A DNA stretch of 64,000 nucleotides from the human T2T-CHM13v2.0 reference genome, Homo sapiens. Shown here one piece after another: positions 1 to 10,900 of this stretch. The notes under the pieces are model-generated. The model worked only from the letters and a program-made list of their open reading frames with translations, was not told the origin of the DNA and searched no databases. How positions within the stretch are numbered: the first letter of the stretch is position 1; every line of letters starts with the position of its first letter. The DNA is taken from assembly GCF_009914755.1 (NCBI RefSeq), contig NC_060927.1, one strand, 5' to 3'. The position numbers and the translations under genes were made by a program.

Positions 1-790
1 TCGGACCTGGCTCGGCTGACTCCCAAGCCTGTGACTTTCTACTAAGTGGGGGGCCCCCAAGTGTGAGTTTAGGTGGACCCGAAACACCGATGTGGCCTCG
101 ACCCCACTTGCAGGCTGATGACTATGGAGTCTCAGGAGGAATGGGGCTCAATGTCCCTGCTCTTGCCCATCTCCAAGGGTGGCCCTCCAGGCAGTGGCTC
201 TGCTGGACCCACAGCCATGAGCTGATTCTCAAGGCCATTGCCCAGCAAGGGACCCAGGTGTTCCACTGGGATAGTTTTACTTAACTATCCACAAAAATTG
301 ATTTAAAGAAAAATTAAGTACATAATAGTATTAGGCAGATTTGGCAAAGATTACGAAGGCAGCCTGCCAGCCCAAGTCCTGGTCCAATTCTCCAGGTCTG
401 GGGCGTGGGAGGCACTGATTCCCTGCTTCCTAGAGGAGGAAACAGGCTCATAGGGGAAGGCCTGGCTGAGGCCACAGAAAGAAGCCAGGGGAGTGAGGTC
501 CAGGGTCCACAGTGGCCCTTGTGGTTCCTGATGGCCCACAGTGAGGCAGCCCGCAGAAGGTGGAGGCACCCCAATGGCCCCTCCCAGGCCCTGCCTCTGC
601 TCCACCCCACTACCCCCTTCCCCCAGGAGGAGCCGTGGGGCTCCCCCAGGCTACTTGGCCCTCAAGCCCCAGGCTCAGGGGCAGAGGCCCCATTTGACAG
701 AAGGAAACCAAGGCCCACAGAGGGCAATGAGTAGCCCAGAGTCACACAGCTGGGCTGTGCCAAAGATTGGACTCAAGCCCAGGACATCTT

Positions 791-930
791 GGCTGGGTGC
801 AGTGGCTCACCCCTGTAATCCCAGCACTTTGGGAGGCCAAAGCGGGAGGATTGCTTGAGCTCAGGAGTTTGGGACCAGCCTGTGCAACAAAGCAAGACCC
901 CCATCTCTTCAAAAATTAATAACAAAAAAC
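791..930 (+). mobile_element. FLAM / free left Alu monomer
   Basis: GGCTGGGTGCAGTGGCTCAC...CCCAGCACTTTGGGAGG plus A-rich tail; monomer only. Confidence 0.85.
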
Positions 931-1766
931 AGAACATCCGAGGCCCCGGTTCTGGGCTCCAGGCAGGCCTTTGCCTTTCTCCCACAATCCTCCAGGCAGC
1001 CCTCTAGCCTCTGCCACCATAGGGCAGCTGGACAGTGGGACAGGACAAGAGGCTAAGCAACCCTTGCTCTGCGAAGAGAGCTTATGGGGGTCCTTCTGGC
1101 AGAGTGCAGGAGGCCCTGGTTACCGGGCCCACCCTCTTCCCAGCCTCCGCTCTCATCCAGAAGATTCTTTGGCCTTCCTTCTATTCCTTCCACGAACATC
1201 CCCTCCTCCCGGCCTCTGCCCTTGTGCTGTACCCGATGCCTGGAGCACCCTCCCCACCACTCCTCGCCTGGCTCACTCTCTTAGGTCTCAGCACAGGGTT
1301 GCCTGCTCCAGGAAGCCACCTTGAAGCCTTCAGACAGAGGGAGGCCTCATGAGCTGAGCTCTGCTGCGAGGCACTGGCCACCCTGTATTTTGTTTCCACG
1401 TCTCGCCTAGCCTAGGGCTGGGAGAGCCTCAAGGGCCAGCCAGGGGCTGATTTCATCTCCTGAATCCAGAGCAGGGAAGGGTGGATGACTGAGAAAACCA
1501 CAGATGGGACAAGGCCCCTGACACAACCTCTGTTATGCCCCAAGCATCCGTTGAGCCCTTGCAGCAAGCCAGCCAGGCTTCCCCGGGGCCATGGCTCCCC
1601 TCTCTGCATAACAGGTCCTACGGGCCTGGCCTGTCTCATGCAACACTCCCTCCTGGCAGAGCTGGCCTGAGGGTGCCAGGGAAGGCCTGGGAGGCCGTGG
1701 GGTCACTGCCGCTGAGTCCCTGCCACGTCCCCCGCCTGGGCTCTGTCTGTCCCCAGGCAGCCTCAC

Positions 1767-1965
1767 CCGCAGACAGCTGTACATGCAGATGGACATCCAG
1801 TTGGTGAGCATCTTCTCCACCACAGACTCTGTGCGCCGCAGCATGAGCTTGGGGTTCTTGGCGGCCGAGGCGTCAATGAGGTCCACCAGCAGCTCCTTCA
1901 TGATGCTGGTGTAGTACTCCAGCTTGCCGTGCAGCGCGATGGTCAGCAGCGAGGCCAGGCTGCAC
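1767..1965 (-). CDS. PLXND1: PLXND1 exon 25 (GAP domain, Arg motif)
   Basis: [26 protein letters not shown]...[27 protein letters not shown]; 199 nt. Confidence 0.96.
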
Positions 1966-4900
1966 CTGTGAGCGGGAGGCAGGTGTCAACTGCACCTTTA
2001 GGCCCTAGGAGCTGTGGGTCCCAGGGTCTCAGTGCCGCCTCATCCCCGGGCCCATCGATCCCAGGAGTGCCTGTGTGGGTGGGTCCTGCGAGGGGTGAGT
2101 GGGGCTAGAATCCTCCTGGAGAAACAGCCACCTTCTTCTACGTCCACAGCAACCATCGTGCCCCGTGAGCCAAGGTCTTGGGCATCCCGGCCCAGGAAGG
2201 GCTGGAATATGGGGGTGTCAGGAGCCCCAGAGCCCCAGGACCCAGGACCTGATGCTGTGTGGCCTTGGACAGGCTCCTCTTCCCTACCCCACCCCAGTCT
2301 GTCACAGCCTGACCTGTCGCGCACCGCAAAGTCCTTCTGCTGCTCCAGCGCGTGGACAAAGACGATGAGGAAGTGCTTGTTGTTGAGTAGTGAGGAGAAC
2401 ACGCTAATTCCCTCTTCCATGTTGGGCCGGCAGCTCTCAGGAATCTGTGGAAGCAACTGGTGATGGGGTGTCCAGAGGGGCCCAGTGTCCCTGCCTAGCC
2501 TAACAGCCAGTGCTTACGACGGCTGCTTGTATGCCTCCTGGGATGGGGAGCTCATTACCTTCCACGGTGGATGCCTCCTAACCTTTGTGACAGGGAACAA
2601 TAGCTTGGTTGAATTGAAAAGTGGGGCTCAGAGAAGGGTAAGGGTGCCTGGAGGTAACCTGGCATCCCAGTGTGGAGGACTCTCACCTTCCATTTTCTAA
2701 GCAGGTTGAGTGGGGTGTACAGGGGGGCCCAATCCTCTGTCTGCTCTACCTGGCCTGCGGGGGCAGCACTTATAATACCCTGAATGGCTGCCTGAATGCC
2801 TCCTGGGATGGAGGGCTCAGTACCTTACAATGGCAGATGCCTCCCAACTCCGCATGACAGGGATCAATGCATTAGATGAACTGGAAAGGGGACCCAGGGG
2901 GGAGCAGGGTTGCCCTGAAGCAGCCCACTGTGTGTGGGTCGTGGGGTACTCACCTTCCACTCTCCCAGCAGTGGGTGGGTTTCCTGTGCCTGGGAGCTGC
3001 CCTGGGAGTTGAGGGTCTGGGAGGGCAGCACGTAACGCTCTTCATAAAGGGAGGAACACTGCAGAGGCAGACCCCCAGCATCTCAGCGGGGCTGGACACC
3101 CCCTGCTGGCATGGAAAGGTCACTCACACAGAAAGGGGCACTGGCTTGGGCTGCTGGGGGAAACTGGCACGGAATTAGCTCCCCATAAAGGACTAAGAGG
3201 CAGTGGGCCAAGCCTGGGGGCTGTGGAATTCCAGGGGTGTGGCCACACAAGACAGCACAAGACTTAAGGGGAAGCAAAAGCAGCTCCATGTGCAATGGGG
3301 GAAACTGAGGCAGAAAGGCTGGGAGTCTGAGCTTTAGCCTGAGGCTGGGAAAAGCTACTGGAGGGTTTCGTGAAAAATGATGTAGTCAAACATGGGCTTG
3401 CTTTGGCCACTGTGTGGGGAATGGTGTGGACAGGGGAGAGAGGGTGGTACCACTAGGAGGTAGAGTGAGGGTAGTGGACCCTGGAAGGGCAAGGGGAGGC
3501 ATGAGAGGCATGGAAGGGATGGGGCAGGAGTCCAGTGGACAGGAGGAGGGAGTGTAGAGACCAAGGGAAGCCTGGCTGGGAAGAGGCACAGGAAGGAGAG
3601 AGGCTGGCCTGGGACAGCCCTGGCCGCTTCTGCCCCACCTTGAAAAGGGGAGAGGCAGGCCCAGCTGGCCAGGACAGCGGGGCTGCAGCTGGCTTCCATA
3701 TGGACTGTTAAACATCAAGTGAGCAGAGAATGACAGTGGAGAATCTGCCTCCAACCCTTCTCCCCGTGGCAGGCCAGGGCAAGTGGCCAGGACGGCTGCG
3801 GACAGCTGTGCAGGTTTGGCACTGCTCAAGGGACCCTATAGGCTGGCAGGGCTCAGAGAGGTCGAGTTGCCTTGAGGTGGCTGGCACAGGTTCAGGGCAG
3901 GCTCAGGCTCGGGCTGACCTTGGGGAAGAAGGTGCGGGTCACGAAGTGCTTATACTCCAGGAAGGGGATGCCCTGGCTGCGGTTCAGCTCCTTGGTCAGA
4001 TCTGTCATGTCTGTCTGCAGCTCAGCGAAGCCTGGCGGACACACGGACAGCCGTGAGCGGCCCGAGAACCCATCCCCTAGGAGGGAAAGTTGAGGCCCAG
4101 CCCTGCAGGGTCCCAGCCCACTACCTTTGCGGATTTCCTCTCGGATCTGAGATTCCATCTCCTCCATCTGCAGCAGCGTCTTCTGCCAGTAACGCTCAGC
4201 ACGTCGGCTCTTGGTACAAAAGACGAACAGGGCTGCGGGCAGTGGAGAGGCAGGTCAGGCCTCTGGTGCCCTTTGGAAAGCCTTTATTGGCGCCTGCTGT
4301 ATTCTGGCCTCCGCTCCAGCTCCTCTGGGCAGGGTGTGGGAGGAGGCCCTGCAGTCCTCCCTCCTGGGCAGGGTTGGGGTGGGGGGTGGGGAGTTGCGGG
4401 GAGCTCTCCCGTGGACAGAGGGCTTGGGGAATGGCCAGCAAAGCAATGCCTGATGACCCGTCCTTAGAAAAAGAAGTGTGTAGTGTTACAGCTCTGTTAG
4501 AATTTGTCTAGCCCCGTTAAAAAAAAAAAGAAACAGGAATACGTGTGTGTGAAATAGTGGTTAACAGTGGCTTTCCTGGGTGGGAGGATTCTGGGTGACT
4601 TCGGTTTACTTTCTGCTTTTGAGCATTTTCTATTCCTTCTACAATGACCAGGTGTTACTTGTAAATTAAGAAACTTTTAAAAGCAGATTACAAAGCAATA
4701 TTACATTATAACCTTTCCTGGGGTGGGGAGGAATATATACATAATGTATTAAAATATCTATTAATATATAGTATTTTCAGAAAAGAGACTGGGAGGGAAG
4801 ATACAAAAATACACAGGGTATTAATGATGGGTATTTTTTCCTTTTATCATCTTTCAGTTTTTCCAAAAATTTTCTGCATTGAATATACTCACTTTAAAAA

Positions 4901-7900
4901 TAAAACAGCTTTATTGTGAAATAACGTACATACCATATAATCCAGTGATTTAAAGTGTATACTTCAATGGTTTCTTTTCTTTCTTTTTTTCTTTTGAGAC
5001 AGTCTTACTCTGGCACCCAGGCTGAAGTACAGTGGCGCGATCACATCTCACTGCAGTCTCCACCTCCCAGGCTCAGGTGATCCTCCCACCTCAGCCTCCT
5101 GAGTAGCTGGGACTACAGACTCATGCCACCATGCCCAGGTAATTTTTGTATTTTTTGTACAGATAAAGTTTTGCCATGTTGCCCAAGCTGGTCTTGAACT
5201 CCTGGGCTCAAGTGAGCCACCCACCTTGGCCTCCCAAAGTGCTGGGACTACAGGCATAAGCCACTGAGCCTGGCCTAATTCAATGGTTTCTAGTATATTC
5301 ACAGAGTTGTGCAACCATCACCACTAATTTTAGAGCATTTTTGCTGCCCCAAGAAGACCCATACCCATGCAGCAGTCACTCCCCATTCGTGTTCTCCCTA
5401 GTCCCTGGCAATCACCATTCAGCTTTCTGTCTCTATGAATTTCCCTATTCTAAACATTTCATATAAATGGCATCATACAATATGCCTTTGGTGAGTCTTC
5501 TTTTGGTTAGTGTAATATTGTCAAGGTGCCTGCCCATGGTGGCATGGATCAGTACTCCACTCCTTCTTACGGATAAATAATTTTCCATTGTATGAATAGA
5601 TCATATTTCATTTATTCATTTATTGGTTGATGGACATTTGGGTTGTTTTGACTTCCTGGTTATTATAAATAATGTTGCTATAAACACGTGTGTACAAGTT
5701 TTTGTGTGGCTACATTTTCATTTCTCTTGAGCAGATAGCTAGGGGTGGAATTGCTGGGTCATAGGTCATAGGGTAATTCTATGTTTCACATCCTAAGAAA
5801 CTTCCAAAATGTTTTCCAAAGCAGCTGCGCTTTTTTGTATTCCCTCTAGTAGCGTATGATGGCTCCAGTTTCTCTGCTACATCGAGTCTATTACTTTATT
5901 GACCATTATTTTAACAGTGGTATAGCCCACCAGACATGTAGGTTAATTTTTCCTGAGTAATCCTCTCTTAAGTACCTTCAGTAGCTCTCTATTGACTGGA
6001 GAACATGGTTCCAAATTTCTCTGCTTGAGATTCAGGGACCTGGGCGTGGGCCTAGCATATCCCCTGGCCACCTAACATCTTCTACCCATTGGTGCTGGAG
6101 CCAGGGCACACCTCCCCCAACCTCTGGGTGCCTAACCTGTTCCCATGGCCAAGCCTTTGTTCAAGCTGTGCCCCATCCCATCCTGCCTTCTCCCATCTGC
6201 CAATCTTCAGAGGGGCTGGGGCAAGGTGGCAAGCCTGCCCTCCAAGGTGTCCTGAGGGTGGGGCTCCTTACCCACCACGGAGAGCAGCAGCAGGACGCTG
6301 CAGATGACGATGGACACGATGATGGCCGTCTCGCTGCCCCCCAGCTGCAGTGTGGCGATGGTCTGGTTGAAGTTCCCTACCTGGATCTGTGCAGAGGTTG
6401 GGGAAGGGGGTTGTAGCTTTCCTGGACTTATACTCTAGTTCTGCTCCTCACTTGCTGTGTGGCCCTGGGTAAATTACCTAACCTCTCTGAGCCTCAGGTG
6501 CCACACTGATAACATAGAGATAACAATGTCCACCTCCTGGGGACACTGGGAAGGCTAAATGAGGGCTTGTCAAGCCCTTGGTCCTGGGCCTGGCACAGAG
6601 GTGGCTCAATGCAGGGGGCTGTGATTATCATTACAGCCTGGGAGGAGTAGTGAGTGAGCAAGAGGAAGCAGTTCACGGGGCCTGGCTGCTGTCCCCAAGT
6701 ATCTGCAAGGCTGCCCTGGGACCAGGGGGTAGGTGAGGTATGAGGACTCAGAGTGCAGGACTGGGACTGAGGTGCAGGTGAAAGAAAGCTTTCCCAGTCA
6801 GAGCCATCCTGGGGTGGCACACGCTGCTTGGGAGAGAGTGAGCCCCCCATCCCAGGAGACATGCAAGGAGATAGTGTTCTGGCCCCTCTCTGCTCCTCCT
6901 GCTCCCCTGCCTCTACATGGTGCCTGGCAGCCCAGGCTCTAGGATAGACGCCAAGGGGGACAGGGACAATTTCTTATGGTTTCTGATGGTCCAGGTCCAG
7001 ATGGGGCCCATCACTGACCTCAAGCAAGTCACTAAGTTCTTGGGCCTCAGTTTCCTCATATGTCAAGTGGGGATGTAAAGCTCTGCTTTGCTGGACTGAG
7101 CTGTTGAGCGTGAAAACGCTCAGTGAATTCAGGTGCTGGGTGAGGGGCAGATGCTTGGCAGATGGGCCAGGGGTGGGGCCAGGTCTGCCCTGCTCCGGCG
7201 CCCCATCCACTCACTGTGATGGGCAGCTGCCCCACGGCCGCGCCCAGGGACTCGTTGACCGAGCAGTGGATGATTCTGTCAGAGACAATCTGGATGTCGC
7301 AGCTTACTTGGCCTATCTTGACCCGGTACTCGTGACTCTGGAGCCCCAGGCTGTCCTGCTCCTTCTGTGGGTGCAAAGGGGGAGGATGCTCATGGGGAAG
7401 TGCTCCCGAGGCCCACGGCTGAGGCTGGCTCGCTTGCCCCCGCCTACCCCGGCCCCTTTGGTGCTCACGTGGATAACGAGGGTGAGAGGCTCCCCGGGGT
7501 GGTGCTTGATCCACTTCTCCCTCTTGGCCGTAGAGAACTGTGGGTTGGGGAGGTAGTCCAGGCGGAACCTGCTGCCCCGCTGTGCCTCCTCGGGGTCCAG
7601 TAGCTCCTCAGCCACAGCCACCTCGTCTGCGTAGGCCCGCCCATTGATGAAGAAGTCCACTGGCGCTGATGCGTTGCTCAGGGCCCCGGGGGACGGGCAG
7701 GTGATGAGGGTGGAGTTGAGAACCTTGCAGAGCTGGTGCAGGAGAGCCAGGGGCCCAGGCCGGGATGCAGGACGGACAGATGGGCATGGAGAAACGGTGG
7801 GGAGTGGGGTTTGAGGAGACACAGAGGCAGAGGGAGGAAGAGGGGACAGAGATGCAGTGGGAGGAGGCCTGGTCAGTTAGGGCCCTGGCTGTGCCTGGGC

Positions 7901-10900
7901 CACCCCCTCCCACCCATCAGGCCCCCGAATGCCTCACCGTGGGCTCCCGGCCAATGTGGTGGACGGCCATGGACACATTCTGCACCATGTGGAAACGCTC
8001 ACCAGCCACTGTGATGGTCCTGCCGCCACTGCGGGGGACAGCAAAACCTATCAGTGCACCTGCAGCCCCAGAGAGCCTGGGGGAAGGGCGGGGTGCCAGT
8101 CTCACCTGACAGGGCTGCGGCGGGGACTGATGGCCGTGATGACCGGGTTCTGCATGTACCAGAAGGTGAGGTTGCCGTGCACGCAGCCCCGACGCTCGAA
8201 GCGCACACACACAGGCACCGGAGCCGGCAGGGCCCCCTCAGGCATGGTGCAGGCGATGCTGGTATCTGTGCGCCTGGGGGGAGCAGCAGGTTATCAGCAG
8301 GGCCTGCCTTCTGCTGCTCACCCACCGCCAATGCCCCTGAGACCTGGGGCACAAGTCCACGCACTTGGCCTGGGGTTCAAGGCCTCCTTGACTGGTCCCA
8401 ACTCATCTTCTGCCCAGTTAGTGCCCAGCTGTTTCCTTACACTTCCAAATTCCGCCCCATCCCACCTCCTCCAGGAAGCCTTCCCAGGTCTTCTCTCCCG
8501 CCTCCAACCCTGGTGAAGTCTCTCTCCCCAGATCCCTGAAGGCACTGACTTTTCTCCCAATCCTAGCCCCACTGGATGTTCCTACTTCCCGTGGGTATGT
8601 CTGCCCTTCCCTTGAGGTCTATGTTGTGCTCCTCTTGGTGTCCCAGCAATGCCCATTAGTGGGGTCTGGTACACAATAAGTGCATAATAAAGACAAAGGT
8701 GTTTCGCCAACAGACTCCAACCACACCCCTGCCACTCACCACACCCCTGGGCCAGCCAGAAGATCTGTGTGTGTGCAATCAACACCATTCTCATTACAGC
8801 TATCACTTATGGAGCAACTACTGTATACCTGGCACAAAGCCCTTCTTCCAATTACTGGTACTATTCTTACCAGCTGAGGAAACTGAGGCTCAGAGAGGAG
8901 AAGGGGCTTGGCTTAGGGGACACAGCCAATGAAGACCCAAGAGAGGCTTGGCTCAAGGATGTCACCTCCAGCCCGCCAGCCCCCAAGCCCATTGATTTCT
9001 CTGGGCTGGAAGGGATGGGCCAGGCCCAGAGGCTTACATCAGCTCCGTGCAGGGGTCTGTGTCGTTCACCAGGACCTGGAGCTCGGAGCCTACATGGAGG
9101 TCATTCCCATGGATGGTGATCCTGGTGCCCCCGGCCTTGGGGCCCATGGTAGGCTCCAGGGAGTGGACCAGGGGCAGCTGTGGGAGGAAGGCAGGCGTTT
9201 GGGCCTCGGGCCAGCCCCCGGGAGTGTGCGTGCTGGGCGGGCCGGACAGTGGGCTGCAGCCCCCCCTTACCACGTAGGAGAAGCGGTCCCGGGACTTGCC
9301 CTCCTTAGAGGCGTTCACGGTCACCACACCTGAGAGCGGTCCTGGGGCTGGCCCTGTGACACACACGATCCTGAGGGGAGGTGCTGTGGTCAGCCAGCGG
9401 TCCTTGGCCCCCACGGCCACCCTAGAGCCAGGCTCAGGGATCGCCCCATTCCACGCCATGCCACACTTCCAATGCCTTCTATGTATAATTTACCCCATCA
9501 GTTTCCCACAGTTCTGCAACTATAAGACACGGGGGTGGGACAAAAGGGTCTCTGATCATGAGAACGTCTGCTGGGCTGGTAGATGACGGCTCTTCCACAC
9601 GCCTGATGCACGGCCTCCCAAAAGGAAAGCCAGTTCAGTCTCTGCTCACGTGTATTTCCTACGGCCCCTCTGGGCCAGTCACAGATCTCTAAACCATGCC
9701 AGTAGCCCCAGCCTTTTTAATTGCAAATGATTTTCCTCAGAGCAAGGCTTAGGTGGAAGAAGGGCTGTGCTAGGGCAGCCTGTGAGGGCTTCCCAGAGGA
9801 GTGGGCATCAGAGCCAGAGCTGGAGGGATAAAGCAGATGCCCCAAGCAGAAACGGCAGGATGTGTGGTGGGAATGGCTTCGGCACAGGCCTGGAGGCCAC
9901 GAAGCAACAGTCTTCCAGAAAGCAGCAGAGTGAGGACAGAGGATGGGGAGGGAGGAGTGAGGAGGACAGAGCAGAGGCTGGCACTGCTGGAGAAGGTAGG
10001 TGGGGGCACCGTGGCTACTCACTCCTCCGACACCGTGTATCTGTCAGGCAGTGGCTCACAGGCCACACCACCAATCCACACGCCGTGGGCCACGTCACTG
10101 AGCCGCCGGCCCAGGTTCCTTCCTCGGATGGTCAGCAGGGTCCCACCGTCCAACGGGCCACTCAGGGGCTCAATCTGCCAGGTGACCCGAGAGAGGGGCG
10201 AATGGGATCTGAGGCTGCAGGCCAGCAGGCTTCTGCCCACAGTCACAGGCACCCAGCAGGGCACAGCCGTGCAGACCCACTGCTTAGAGGAAGGTCTGGA
10301 GGCTCAGGTGGGGCTGGGACTGTGGCCACTTGGCAGGTCACTGTGCTGGCAAGGAGGATGTGGGTGTGCATTACTGAGCCCACGTGGGCCTGGGGACGCT
10401 ACTTAGGGGGTCTCCTGGAGGATGCTGAGGTCAGCTTCCAGGAGCAATGTTTGGCCATGTCATTGGTGGCTTTAGTGATCATGGTATCCCCTGAAACTAA
10501 CAACATTCAGCCCTCGGTGTCTCCTCCACGCCACACTTCCAATGCCTTCTATAATTTATTCATTTCCTTATTTATTACTGTCCACCTCCCCCACTGAAAC
10601 ATCAGCTCTGTGAGGCAGAGCACTTCCTTTTGTTCACAGGTGATACTGCACCCATGTGTCGGTGTATGTGCCGTTTGGGTCCCCAAGAAGTGGGACCCTC
10701 GAGGGCACTGCGCATGCGCCGTGCCGGAGTGCGGGTGCCACGTGCCTCCACTGGGCATGCTTACCGCGCGGATCTCGGGGGCGGGGCAGGTGCCAGCCAT
10801 GGGCTGCAGAGGCCCCCGCAGGCGGCAGCCATCACTCCACACGCACAGGTGACCCAGGTCTTCGCGGCCCAGGCACTGGGAACAGTCGGGGCTGCCCATG

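Noticed and set aside
269-360. 8-bp hairpin GGATAGTT/AACTATCC in an AT-rich patch
   Set aside because: Too short to be significant; the patch looks like a decayed DNA-transposon remnant.
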